DNA of 64,000 nucleotides, taken from a virus. Under the pieces are notes generated by a model. That model saw only the letters and a program-made list of their open reading frames with translations. It searched no databases and was not told the origin of the DNA. Shown here piece by piece: positions 1 through 9,717 of the stretch (position 1 is the first letter of the stretch; each line of letters opens with the position of its first letter). Location of the stretch: the IMG/VR virus record IMGVR_UViG_3300027974_000021. The stretch is one strand, 5' to 3'. Made by a program: the position numbers and the translations under genes.

Positions 1-2
1 AT

Positions 3-602
3 TTTGATATTCAAGGATTTGAAATGCATACTGGTGCAGCATCAAAAGATGGAATACCAAAAGATAAGTTTATGAAATTTGATTTACTTATGTCAGGTCA
101 TTTTCATCATCGTTCACAACACGATAATATTACTTATTTGGGTGCACCATATGAAATGACTTGGTCTGATTATAATGATAAAAAAGGTTTTCATATATTC
201 GATACAGCAACTCGTAAATTAGAGTTTATACAAAATCCAAATACTATGTTCTTAAAAGTAGAATATGATGAATCTTATTTTGCTGAGAATCCACCAAATT
301 TTGAAGACTATAGAAACAAATATATAAAAGTAATTATAACAAATCGTAAAAATTTATTAAAGTTTGATACATTTATAAAAAATTTACACAATCATAATCC
401 ATATGATGTAAAAATACTGGAAACGTTTGTTGATTTTTCGTCTGCTAACGTATCTGATGAAATTAACGTAGAAGATACTACTAGCATATTAAATGGTTAT
501 GTTGATACTATCACAACTAGTATTGAAAAAAATAAACTTAAATTATATTTAAACTCGTTGCATGCTGAAGCAATTGCGAGCGAGACTATTATTAAAGAAT
601 GA
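3..602 (+). CDS. gp47: Recombination endonuclease subunit (Mre11/SbcD-like), 5'-truncated by the window edge
   Basis: SGHFHH and YLGAPYEMTWSD metallophosphoesterase motifs; directly upstream of gp46; frame open to the window start. Confidence 0.93.
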   Translation, partial: FDIQGFEMHTGAASKDGIPKDKFMKFDLLMSGHFHHRSQHDNITYLGAPYEMTWSDYNDKKGFHIFDTATRKLEFIQNPNTMFLKVEYDESYFAENPPNFEDYRNKYIKVIITNRKNLLKFDTFIKNLHNHNPYDVKILETFVDFSSANVSDEINVEDTTSILNGYVDTITTSIEKNKLKLYLNSLHAEAIASETIIKE

Positions 603-2311
603 TAATATTTCATAAATTAAAATGGCGTAATTTCCTCTCAACAGGTAATGTTTGGTGCGAAATACAATTGAATAAAATACGAAGTACAATCGTAGTAGGA
701 AAAAATGGTGATGGTAAATCTACCATGCTTGATGCTCTTACTTTTGTTTTATTTGGTGAACCATTTAGACAAGTAAAAAAGAATCAACTAATTAACTCAA
801 TTAATGGCAAAAATGCTGAAGTAGAAATTGAATTTTCTTCTGGTACAAATACCTATAAAATAAAAAGAGGAATTAAACCTAATATATTTGAATATTATGA
901 AAATGGAGTATTACAAAATCAATCAGCAGCAATCAGTGATTGTCAAAAGAAAATAGAAGAACAAATACTTAAAATTAATTATAGAACATTCTGTCAAGTT
1001 TGTATTTTAGGATCTGCTTCTTATATTCCTTTTATGCAATTACCTACAAATCAACGTAGATTAGTAATTGAAGATATTTTAGATATAGGTATCTTCAGTA
1101 AAATGAATGATATACTTAAAATAAGAGCAGTTGATACTAAATTAGCATTAGTTGATGTAAATAAGGATATAGAGATAGCTAAATCAAACATACAAGCCCA
1201 AAAAACTATACTTGAAAACTTATCAGTATCTAAACAAGAGAACATAATCAAGATAGATGATAAAATAGAAAAGTATAGAGAAGATATAAAAGAAATACAA
1301 AACAAAATAATTACATTAAATAAAAGACTTTTAGAGATTGATAGTTTAACAACTGACTCAGTAGATGTATTTGATCGTATAGACAAAGCAAGAAAACTAA
1401 TCGCAATAAATGAAAGTCGTATTGCTGAGATACAAGAAAAGATAATATTTTTTAACGAGAACGAAAATTGTCCTACTTGCGAATCAACAATACAGCATAA
1501 GCAACATGCATTAAGTAAATTAGAAAAAGAAAAAGAAGATATAAAATCTAGACTCTCTAAACTATTAGAAGCTTTGACTGCTGGAGAAACTAGATCGAGA
1601 GAAATAAGAACATTATTTAATGAGAAAATAGAAATTAATAATGAAATATCTAATTTAAATACTAGTGTAAAATTTACTGAAACTAATATTGAAAACAATA
1701 TAGCTGAAAAACAATCATTATCAGACACAACTAGTGATACCAACAAATATAAAGATAAAATTAAAGAATTAGCTGAACTAGCATTAGTTGATGTTGACAA
1801 AAAGAATAATTTAATGCAGGTAATAGAACTAGAAAATACTTCTAAATTACTCTTACAAGATTCAGGTGTTAAAACTGCTATTATTCGAAAGTATTTACCT
1901 GTAATGAATAAGTTAATTAATAAATATTTACAAGCGATGGACTTTTATGTTCATTTTGAATTAGATGAGAACTTCACTGAGACGATACGTTCAAGACATA
2001 GAGATGAATTCACTTATGATAGTTTTTCAGAGGGTGAAAAGATGCGTATCGACTTAGCTATATTGTTCACATGGCGACATATAGCGAAATTGAAGAACAG
2101 TATTAATACATCTTTATTAGTACTGGATGAAATATTTGACTCATCTTTAGATGCATCAGGTGTAGATTACTTTTTAAATCTAATCTCGCAACTAGACGCA
2201 CAAGTTAATGTTTTCGTAATTAGCCATAAGGGTGATACTCTAATTGAAAAATTTATGAGTACAATTAAATTTGAGAAGAAAAACGACTTCTCTACAATCG
2301 TAAATGCATAA
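599..2311 (+). CDS. gp46: Recombination ATPase subunit (Rad50/SbcC-like)
   Basis: Walker A GKNGDGKS, CPTC zinc hook, FSEGEKMRIDL signature, LDEIFD Walker B. Confidence 0.97.
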   Translation: MIIFHKLKWRNFLSTGNVWCEIQLNKIRSTIVVGKNGDGKSTMLDALTFVLFGEPFRQVKKNQLINSINGKNAEVEIEFSSGTNTYKIKRGIKPNIFEYYENGVLQNQSAAISDCQKKIEEQILKINYRTFCQVCILGSASYIPFMQLPTNQRRLVIEDILDIGIFSKMNDILKIRAVDTKLALVDVNKDIEIAKSNIQAQKTILENLSVSKQENIIKIDDKIEKYREDIKEIQNKIITLNKRLLEIDSLTTDSVDVFDRIDKARKLIAINESRIAEIQEKIIFFNENENCPTCESTIQHKQHALSKLEKEKEDIKSRLSKLLEALTAGETRSREIRTLFNEKIEINNEISNLNTSVKFTETNIENNIAEKQSLSDTTSDTNKYKDKIKELAELALVDVDKKNNLMQVIELENTSKLLLQDSGVKTAIIRKYLPVMNKLINKYLQAMDFYVHFELDENFTETIRSRHRDEFTYDSFSEGEKMRIDLAILFTWRHIAKLKNSINTSLLVLDEIFDSSLDASGVDYFLNLISQLDAQVNVFVISHKGDTLIEKFMSTIKFEKKNDFSTIVNA

Positions 2312-2314
2312 ACT

Positions 2315-2638
2315 ATGAAAACAAAACACAAAAAACCAATAACGATAAATCCATTTACTGGAAAATCAAATGAAGTAATTGTCCGTCAAGGAATGGCATC
2401 ACAAACATCTGATGCTTATGGTGCTGTTGATAGAAGAGATGAATCTAAAACAGTTCTTAGAGATAAACAACATCACTTATACTTCAAATTAAAGCTAATT
2501 GAAAATTGGATATATGAAAAGAAACATCGTAAGTTTTTTTCCGATTCAGAACCAACTATAAAACAATTAGAAACACAACGACATAATATGAAACATGAAT
2601 ATAATCGTGTGTCTAAATTATTAAAAGAAAGTAAATAA
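2315..2638 (+). CDS. Hypothetical protein
   Basis: 107-aa ORF tightly packed between neighbours. Confidence 0.6.
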   Translation: MKTKHKKPITINPFTGKSNEVIVRQGMASQTSDAYGAVDRRDESKTVLRDKQHHLYFKLKLIENWIYEKKHRKFFSDSEPTIKQLETQRHNMKHEYNRVSKLLKESK

Positions 2639-3423
2639 TGACTGATATAAAAGAAGTTATATGGGATTCAGTGGACGAAAATGGTAATCCTATAAATCCA
2701 AGACTAGCTACTGTTGAAGAAATAGAAACAAAAAAGAAATCAAAAGGACTTCCTATTATAGAAGAATCTTTTGATAAACGTATTACAAAACCAGAACCAA
2801 CTAAGGTAGAAGTTAATATAACAAAGAGTAGTATAGATGGTAAAGAAATTATAACACCAGTAAGAACAACAGATGGTTTAATTCCATGGAATGATCCACG
2901 TTTAAAAACACCACCAAAAGAATGGGACTTTAAAAAACCAGTAGAAGAAGCAGCACAATTAGGTTTATTATTAATTAAAGTAGCACAAAAATTAAATGGT
3001 GCAGGTCTTTCAGCGAATCAAATAGGAATAGATGCAAAAGTATTTGCAATTACAGTAATTGAAAATTACCAATATGCTGCTTTCAATCCAGTAATATTAG
3101 AATCATCAGAAGAAACTGAATTAATGGAAGAGGGATGTTTATCTCGTCCTGGACTGTGGTTGAAAATATCAAGACCAAAAAAAATTAAAGTTAAGTATTT
3201 CACATTTAAAGGTGAAGAAGTGCTTAATGAATTAGATGGTTTTCATTCGAGAGTATTTCAGCATGAATACGATCATATGCTAGGAATAGACTTTACTCAA
3301 AGAGTGGGTAAATTGAAATTAGATATGGCTTTAAAAAAATTAGATAAACAATTAAGAAAAGCTGCAACTACTCAGCAATTAGAATACGAAGCGAAACTAA
3401 GACCTAAGTTATTTGCAAAATAA
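2638..3423 (+). CDS. def: Peptide deformylase with N-terminal extension
   Basis: GAGLSANQIG, EEGCLS and QHEYDH motifs. Confidence 0.95.
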   Translation: MTDIKEVIWDSVDENGNPINPRLATVEEIETKKKSKGLPIIEESFDKRITKPEPTKVEVNITKSSIDGKEIITPVRTTDGLIPWNDPRLKTPPKEWDFKKPVEEAAQLGLLLIKVAQKLNGAGLSANQIGIDAKVFAITVIENYQYAAFNPVILESSEETELMEEGCLSRPGLWLKISRPKKIKVKYFTFKGEEVLNELDGFHSRVFQHEYDHMLGIDFTQRVGKLKLDMALKKLDKQLRKAATTQQLEYEAKLRPKLFAK

Positions 3424-3452
3424 TTTACTTCCAAGATTTTTTATAGTATAAT
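3424..3452 (+). promoter_or_regulatory. Sigma70-type early promoter
   Basis: TTTACT-N17-TATAAT; this architecture occurs 11 times in the window. Confidence 0.75.
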
Positions 3453-3485
3453 ATATGTCTAATCAATTAAAAAGGTATTTTTATT

Positions 3486-3659
3486 ATGGACTCAAGATTT
3501 GACCACATCAATTCCCTTCAAAAACAAAAACAAGCATTCGAATATCAATTAAGACAACAAAAAGAAAGAAATCAAACTCTTAAAGAAATACAACACATAG
3601 GTGTTATATTTGGTGTTGGTTTTTTATTTGGATTATTATTCAATGTCATATTCTTTTAA
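3486..3659 (+). CDS. Small membrane protein (57 aa, not in ORF track)
   Basis: MDSRFDHINS...IGVIFGVGFLFGLLFNVIFF; AAAAGG upstream, follows a promoter. Confidence 0.6.
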   Translation: MDSRFDHINSLQKQKQAFEYQLRQQKERNQTLKEIQHIGVIFGVGFLFGLLFNVIFF

Positions 3660-3828
3660 ATCACATAACGAATTAAATAAAAATTTGACTGATTACATTT
3701 CAACAGTCACTGATAAAGAAGACATTTCTAAAATACCGATCGAATCGATTAATGATTTTTTAAATGGTTTAGAGTCATTTTTAGAAGAATCAGCAAGTAA
3801 TTAAGGCGAAATTAAGGCGACTTCAATA

Positions 3829-3899
3829 TAAGTTATTGATTTATATATCTTTTTTATTTTCTCCTAATTATATACTTTTAGATCGTTTTATAGTAGAAT
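3829..3899 (+). promoter_or_regulatory. Extended early promoter with upstream TAAGNYATTGA box
   Basis: TAAGTTATTGA ... TATACT-N17-TAGAAT. Confidence 0.7.
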
Positions 3900-3912
3900 A
3901 TATGTATATATT

Positions 3913-6132
3913 ATGAATAAAAAAGATTTATTAGCGAAACTACTTTCTACTGAAAATATAACTGTTTTAAGACAGCCAGTTGCGACTGCATCTTTTAACG
4001 TTGAAACTAGAGTTCTTACTCTTCCTGTCTGGAAGAACCTTTCCGAAAATATTGAAAATATGTTAATTGCCCATGAAGTAGGGCATGCTCTTTACACTCC
4101 ATTTAGAAAATCAGAAACAGAAGAATTTAATAATAATAAACTATTACATTCTTGGGCGAATGTTATTGAGGATGTTAGGATTGAAAAGAAAATACAAAAC
4201 GAATATCCAGGATTGAAAAAAGACTTTGTTTCAGCTTATAAAGAATTAGTTGATAGAAATTTCTTTGGCGTTAAAGGTAGAGATTTAGTAAAAGAACAAT
4301 TTATTAATAAAGCAAATTTGTTTTATAAAGCTGGTTATAACTGTGGTGTTAAATTTACAACAGAAGAATATGGTTATATAAAAGAAATTGATAATTGTGA
4401 AACGTTTGATGATGTTATGAAGTTAGCAAAAAAACTTACTGCTTATTCTGTTGCTAAAAAAGAATTAGAAAAACAAGCTTTAGAAAAACTTGCTGCATTG
4501 TACTTACAAAATGGTGATGAGAATGAACAAGGTGAACAACTTAAAGATTCTTTAAAAGATCTTCTTATGGATGAACTGGACGAAAATGGAAACAAAATAG
4601 GTGGTTCTAAATCTAATCCTGAAATAACTGTTCCTGAAACTGATAATACTACTGAACAAACAATTCAAGACAAATTTGATAATATGTTATCAAAACACAC
4701 AAGCAATAATGAATTTGTTATGGTTGACTATAATCCAAAATTTGTAGGATTCGATCCTTATGTACCATATACAAAATATATGGCAGATGTAGATGCTTGG
4801 TTAGCAATTAGAAAAACTAAAGAAGATTTAGAATTATTGAATGCTAAAAAAGCAGGTCATGAAGGATGGGAAACTACTGAAGATAAAATAAGATTAGCGA
4901 GCAGTGAATTCAATTCATATCTACAAGAAACTAAAAAAGAAGTAAATTACTTGCTTAAAGAATTTGAAATGAGAAAATCAGCAAATCAATATTATAGAAC
5001 AAAAGAACATAAAACTGGTGTAATTGATATTAGGAAATTAGCATCTTATAAAATTAAAGAAGAAATATTTAAAACTATCCAATCATTACCAAAGGGAAAA
5101 AATCATGGAATGGTTATGTTAATGGATTGGTCTGGTAGTATGAGTGGTATATTAAAAGATGTTATTAAACAAGTTTATTTAATGACTAGTTTTTGCAAAA
5201 TAGCAAATATACCATTTACTGTTCTTGCTTTCACTAATGGTATATCTGACTCTAATCCTGAGAAAGCATTATGTGATGTTGAAAGAACAAAACAATTTGG
5301 TGAAAGATATATACCTTATGATAATAAACTATCGCCTGAAGAAAATCAAACTAAAAAGACAATTTCTACAAATCAATTAGATGTTGAGATGTTTAGAGTT
5401 GTTGAACTTTTATCTAATAAAATGAGCAAAGAAGAGTATAATAAAATGGGTGCTTTATTATTCTCTGAAATGTATAAGAATGTTTCTAATTATAAATTAG
5501 CATCAACTCCTTTAAATGAATCTTTATATTATATGATTGATTTCTTACCAAGATTTAAAAAATTAAATAATGTTCAAAAACTTTCTTTTATAGTATTAAC
5601 AGATGGCGAAGGACATAGCATCTATCCAAGACGTTTTGAATCTTACAGTTCTTATGGATCTACTATAAAAAAACATTTATATCTTAGAAAAGATAATAAA
5701 GACTATGAATTTAAAACATATATGCAAACTGGTGCTTTAATTAAAATAATAAAAGATCAAGATCCAAATACAACTTGTCTTGCGTTTTCTTTAATAAGAA
5801 ACAATAGAAGATGCATAAGCAATACATTATCCCAATTAACTAGTTATACAAATAATGGAAGTTATGGGTGTGCTGATGAATCTTCTGTAATTAAAATAGC
5901 AAAAGATTTTAAAGAATTAGGTGCTTCTGCATTAAAAGAAGTTAATTCTTATGATGAATATTATTTAATCCCGATAGAAAGTATTAAACCTGAAGCTTTA
6001 AATATTACTAATGATTTGAATTCTACAAAAGAAAAAACAGCAAATCAAATAGCAAAATCATTTACTAAGCTTTTAAAACAAAATAGAAATAGTAGATTCT
6101 TATTAACTTCTTTTGCAAAACAGGTAGCATAA
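3913..6132 (+). CDS. vWA-domain protein with N-terminal HExxH metallopeptidase-like domain (CobT-like partner of the MoxR ATPase)
   Basis: AHEVGH...NVIEDVRIE; MIDAS DWSGSM, TPL, LTDGEG. Confidence 0.85.
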   Translation: MNKKDLLAKLLSTENITVLRQPVATASFNVETRVLTLPVWKNLSENIENMLIAHEVGHALYTPFRKSETEEFNNNKLLHSWANVIEDVRIEKKIQNEYPGLKKDFVSAYKELVDRNFFGVKGRDLVKEQFINKANLFYKAGYNCGVKFTTEEYGYIKEIDNCETFDDVMKLAKKLTAYSVAKKELEKQALEKLAALYLQNGDENEQGEQLKDSLKDLLMDELDENGNKIGGSKSNPEITVPETDNTTEQTIQDKFDNMLSKHTSNNEFVMVDYNPKFVGFDPYVPYTKYMADVDAWLAIRKTKEDLELLNAKKAGHEGWETTEDKIRLASSEFNSYLQETKKEVNYLLKEFEMRKSANQYYRTKEHKTGVIDIRKLASYKIKEEIFKTIQSLPKGKNHGMVMLMDWSGSMSGILKDVIKQVYLMTSFCKIANIPFTVLAFTNGISDSNPEKALCDVERTKQFGERYIPYDNKLSPEENQTKKTISTNQLDVEMFRVVELLSNKMSKEEYNKMGALLFSEMYKNVSNYKLASTPLNESLYYMIDFLPRFKKLNNVQKLSFIVLTDGEGHSIYPRRFESYSSYGSTIKKHLYLRKDNKDYEFKTYMQTGALIKIIKDQDPNTTCLAFSLIRNNRRCISNTLSQLTSYTNNGSYGCADESSVIKIAKDFKELGASALKEVNSYDEYYLIPIESIKPEALNITNDLNSTKEKTANQIAKSFTKLLKQNRNSRFLLTSFAKQVA

Positions 6133-6449
6133 TGACTGAAACAATTTCATTAAAAGATAAAATTATAGAATTAAGATCTAAAATACTTATACATTCTTAT
6201 ATGTATTGGTATAAAGACAATCCTCTTGTGTCTGATGCTTTATTTGATGCTTGGAAAAAACAATTAGTTGAATATCAAGCTGAGCATAAACAAAAATTTC
6301 CTAATGAAAAAATAGAGTTTTTTGAAACTGCATTTATTAATTGGGATGGTACTAATTCAAAGGCACTCCCTTTATTTGATGAATGGATTACGAATAGAGT
6401 TGAGATGCTGGACAAATATAAAAATGCAACTCCATACTTTAATATTTAA
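6132..6449 (+). CDS. Stand-alone NAD-dependent DNA ligase domain Ia-like protein
   Basis: LRSKILIHSYMYWYKDNPLVSDALFDAWKKQL resembles LigA Ia (H..Y.Y...D.P.I.D.EYD). Confidence 0.7.
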   Translation: MTETISLKDKIIELRSKILIHSYMYWYKDNPLVSDALFDAWKKQLVEYQAEHKQKFPNEKIEFFETAFINWDGTNSKALPLFDEWITNRVEMLDKYKNATPYFNI

Positions 6450-6612
6450 ATTTATGATATTACTTTCTCTATCAGGTTGTTTTGGTTCCACACTATTAAC
6501 TTTGGGTGGAATTAAAATAACCACTGGGGATGTAATAACAAAAATCGTTAAAATTGTACCAAAAAACGATGAAAATCTAGAAGATTACGAAAATAAAAAA
6601 CTATAATATGAC

Positions 6613-6682
6613 TAAGCTATTGAAATATATATCTTTTTTATTTTCTGGAAGTATATACTTTTTCAACGATTTATGGTATAAT
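6613..6682 (+). promoter_or_regulatory. Extended early promoter with upstream TAAGNYATTGA box
   Basis: TAAGCTATTGA ... TATACT-N17-TATAAT. Confidence 0.7.
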
Positions 6683-6684
6683 AT

Positions 6685-7884
6685 ATGTATAAACTAACTA
6701 AAAAAGGCAAATATATGATGAATGATGTGAATATAAAAAAGTTTGTAGAATCTCTACATAAATCTTATTCCAATGATGAGAATAAATTCAATTGGAAACA
6801 GATCGTTAAGGTTTTTAAAACCACTAAATTTGATAACAAATCAGAAGTTTATAATTGGGTGAGAGCACAAAAAGCTGGAAGAGGTGCTTATATTATTCCT
6901 CTGTCAAGTGTTTCTTCTTCGGTGACAAATAATGTTGTCAAAGTAGATACTGTAAAATCTGAATCTTCTAATTTAGATGTTAAGTCTTTAGTTCCAATTA
7001 GAGATAGTAATTATGTTCCATTCGGAAATTACAAAGATTTAGAAACTATTATATCTTCTAAACAATTTTATCCAACATTTGTGACTGGACCGACTGGTAA
7101 TGGTAAATCTACTTCAATTGAACAAATTTGTGCAAAACATAAAATTTCTTTAATTAGAGTTAATTTAAACAGCTTAACAGATGAAGATCAATTAATTGGT
7201 ACTAAAACACTTATCGATGGTAATATACAAATCGTAGAGGGACCAGTTGTTATAGCAATGAGATTAGGAATCCCACTATTGCTTGATGAGATCGATGCTG
7301 GTGGTGCTAATACTCTATTATGCTTGCAACCTATCCTTGAAGGAAAGCCATTCTATTTTAAATTAAAGAATGAGATTATCGTTCCTAAATTTGGCTTTAA
7401 TATATTCGCGACAGCGAACACTAAGGGTAAGGGATCAGAAGATGGAAGATATATTGGTACGAATGTTTTGAATGAAGCATTTCTTGAAAGATTTGCTGTG
7501 ACATTCCAACAAGAATATCCAACACCATCGATTGAATTAAAGATCGTTAAAAATCTGATGGACTCTTATAAATGTAAGAATGACAAATTCGCTCAGACTT
7601 TAGTTAAGTGGGCTGATGTAATTAGAAAAACAAATGAATCTGGTGGTGTTGATGAAACAATTACTACAAGAAGATTGGTTCATATTGTAAGAGCATATTC
7701 AGTATTTAAAGATATGGATAAATCTATACAGTTATGTACGAATAGATTCGATGAAGCAACAAGACTTGCTTTTATTGATTTATTTGACAAAGTATCAAAT
7801 AACAAAGAAACTTCGGCTCCGAAACCATCAGAGTCTGAAGTTGCGAGTGCTGTAGTTAATCAACAACAAACAGTGAGTGCTTAA
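6685..7884 (+). CDS. cobS: MoxR/CobS-like AAA+ ATPase (true start may be near 6715)
   Basis: GPTGNGKS, LLLDEID, TANTKG, NEAFLERF, ITTRRL. Confidence 0.9.
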   Translation: MYKLTKKGKYMMNDVNIKKFVESLHKSYSNDENKFNWKQIVKVFKTTKFDNKSEVYNWVRAQKAGRGAYIIPLSSVSSSVTNNVVKVDTVKSESSNLDVKSLVPIRDSNYVPFGNYKDLETIISSKQFYPTFVTGPTGNGKSTSIEQICAKHKISLIRVNLNSLTDEDQLIGTKTLIDGNIQIVEGPVVIAMRLGIPLLLDEIDAGGANTLLCLQPILEGKPFYFKLKNEIIVPKFGFNIFATANTKGKGSEDGRYIGTNVLNEAFLERFAVTFQQEYPTPSIELKIVKNLMDSYKCKNDKFAQTLVKWADVIRKTNESGGVDETITTRRLVHIVRAYSVFKDMDKSIQLCTNRFDEATRLAFIDLFDKVSNNKETSAPKPSESEVASAVVNQQQTVSA

Positions 7885-8249
7885 TGCTAACTTGGAATTC
7901 ACTTACTAAATCACAAAAACGTTGGGTAGAAAACGTTGCGAAAATTCTACCCGATTGTGTGACAAATGGGCATATTACAGCAACACAATGTTATGACTCT
8001 TTTAAACTATTAGAAAAACAAAGAGTTTCAGGTAGTCCAAAAATTGGATATCCGAATTGGTTGTTTAAACTTAATAAAATTAAAAGAGGAATCTATTTGT
8101 TTCCAGCAGAGGGAGTGACAGTACAAAAAGCATCTCAATCTTTAAGTGGGAAAGCTGAACCTATTGCTATTACCAACAGAGTATCAGAAGAAGATAAATC
8201 GTTTTTAAATGATTTAAAAGCTTTTGGTATTGATATAAAAGTTTCTTAA
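7884..8249 (+). CDS. Hypothetical protein, paralog of 8350..8697
   Basis: Shared KIGYPNWLFK.NKI..G.Y.FPA.G and EEDK.F. Confidence 0.75.
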   Translation: MLTWNSLTKSQKRWVENVAKILPDCVTNGHITATQCYDSFKLLEKQRVSGSPKIGYPNWLFKLNKIKRGIYLFPAEGVTVQKASQSLSGKAEPIAITNRVSEEDKSFLNDLKAFGIDIKVS

Positions 8250-8314
8250 TGGGAGTTTGTTAGTTTATTGTGAAGTGGGAGTCCCATATAAGAAAATTTC
8301 ATTTTTTCTCCCAC

Positions 8315-8343
8315 TTTACTTACAATAAAAAATATAATATAAT
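8315..8343 (+). promoter_or_regulatory. Early promoter, probably producing a leaderless transcript
   Basis: TTTACT-N17-TATAAT, ATG 6 nt downstream. Confidence 0.7.
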
Positions 8344-8349
8344 AGTGAT

Positions 8350-8697
8350 ATGATAACATACGATAATGCTTCTAAAGCCCAAAGAAAATGGATTGATGCA
8401 GTAATTACTATTTTTCCAAATATTGAAAAAACAGGAGTAATTTCAGCAGCAGAATGTTATTCAGCTCATATGAATTTATTAAAAAATCGTAAAGCAGATT
8501 CAGATAAAATAGGATATCCTAATTGGTTATTTAAAACTAATAAAATAAGTCCAGGAGTTTATTTTTTTCCTGCAAAAGGATTAAACCCTGAGAGTATAGT
8601 TAAAACGACTCCAGTGGGAGATTCTTCTGTAAGAGCAGAAGTATCAAAGACAGAGGAAGATAAACAATTTTTTAAAGATGTATTAACAAATGTATAA
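8350..8697 (+). CDS. Hypothetical protein, paralog of 7884..8249
   Basis: Shared motifs as above. Confidence 0.75.
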   Translation: MITYDNASKAQRKWIDAVITIFPNIEKTGVISAAECYSAHMNLLKNRKADSDKIGYPNWLFKTNKISPGVYFFPAKGLNPESIVKTTPVGDSSVRAEVSKTEEDKQFFKDVLTNV

Positions 8698-8971
8698 ATT
8701 TAACGAAGATAAACTAATAAAAGAATTAAAAGAATATATTGACCAAACATATAAAGGTCATTATTCTAAAAAGAAATTTCAGTCAACAGAGTTCATCGTT
8801 GATTGTGGTCATGGTCTAGGATTTACACTAGGCAATGTTTTAAAATATGCTCAAAGGTATGGGCATAAAGATGGACAAAATCGTAAAGATCTTTTAAAGA
8901 TTTTACACTATGCTCTTCTTGCTTTACATATACACGATCAAGGAGAAAAACTTAATAATGAAAAGGAGTGA
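8690..8971 (+). CDS. DUF3310 / T7 gp1.7-like putative nucleotide kinase
   Basis: HY...GFTLGNVLKYAQRYGHKDG...DLLKILHY. Confidence 0.7.
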   Translation: MYKFNEDKLIKELKEYIDQTYKGHYSKKKFQSTEFIVDCGHGLGFTLGNVLKYAQRYGHKDGQNRKDLLKILHYALLALHIHDQGEKLNNEKE

Positions 8972-8973
8972 GA

Positions 8974-9675
8974 ATGAAACTAAGTAAAGAAACACTTGCG
9001 ATTATGAAAAACTTCGCAGGTATTAATGCCAATCTAATGTTAAAGAATGGTAATAAAATATCAACAATATCGCCAGCAAAAAGTGTAATGGCTGTGGCAC
9101 AAATTTCAGAGAACTTGCCAATTAATGGTTCTGGGAATTTTGGTATATATGAATTAAACGATTTTCTATCAGCTTACACATTAATGGAAGATCCAGATTT
9201 AACATTTGCTGATAATTTTTGCATGATTTCTAAAGGTCATCAAAAAATTAAATTCTATTCAGCAGCAAGTGAAATGCTACTTGTTCCATCAAAAGAAAGT
9301 TTGCCTGTTTCTGATGATGTATCTTTTAATTTAAGAGCAGCAGATTTAGATATTATTTCAAAGTCAGCAGCAGTTTTAAAAGTAAGTGACATATCAATCG
9401 TATCAAAAGATGGTAAAGTAAGTGTTGAAGTTGCTGATAAAAAAGCACAACAAGCTGCAAAATCAGGACAATCAACAGCTAATACTTTTAATCTAGATAT
9501 TGGTACATCAGATAAAGAGTTTAAAGTGAATATGAAAGTTGATAATTTACAAAAAATTGTACTTACAGATTATGTAGTGACAGTTGATAGCAAAAAACTA
9601 TCTAAGTTTTCAGCAACTAAAGGTTCGCTAGTATATTACATCGCAATCGAATCTGATTCTGTAATCGGCAAATAA
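8974..9675 (+). CDS. gp45: Sliding clamp
   Basis: MKLSKETLAIMKNFAGIN, FGIYELNDFL, YYIAIE; AAGGAG RBS. Confidence 0.95.
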   Translation: MKLSKETLAIMKNFAGINANLMLKNGNKISTISPAKSVMAVAQISENLPINGSGNFGIYELNDFLSAYTLMEDPDLTFADNFCMISKGHQKIKFYSAASEMLLVPSKESLPVSDDVSFNLRAADLDIISKSAAVLKVSDISIVSKDGKVSVEVADKKAQQAAKSGQSTANTFNLDIGTSDKEFKVNMKVDNLQKIVLTDYVVTVDSKKLSKFSATKGSLVYYIAIESDSVIGK

Positions 9676-9677
9676 TT

Positions 9678-9700
9678 TAATGGGAGGAATACTCCCATTA
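9678..9700 (+). terminator. Hairpin after gp45 (terminator or processing site)
   Basis: TAATGGGAG-gaata-CTCCCATTA, perfect 9-bp stem; no clear U-tract. Confidence 0.5.
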
Positions 9701-9717
9701 TACAACTATATTATATT

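Noticed and set aside
1051-1800. Long reverse-strand ORF, and similar ones at 10556, 18876, 35282, 44365 and 56716
   Set aside because: Antisense shadows of well-supported + strand genes; hydrophobic/Ser-rich composition typical of the reverse complement of AT-rich coding DNA; no RBS or motifs
6322-6606. 94-aa ORF as listed in the track
   Set aside because: Its 5' half overlaps the ligase-Ia gene; only a shorter lipoprotein-like 3' part (LSLSGC) is plausible, and its start cannot be fixed
3913-7884. Cobalamin biosynthesis (CobS/CobT)
   Set aside because: No CobN or other cob genes; MoxR/vWA pairs are widespread in T4-like phages, so the name reflects family only
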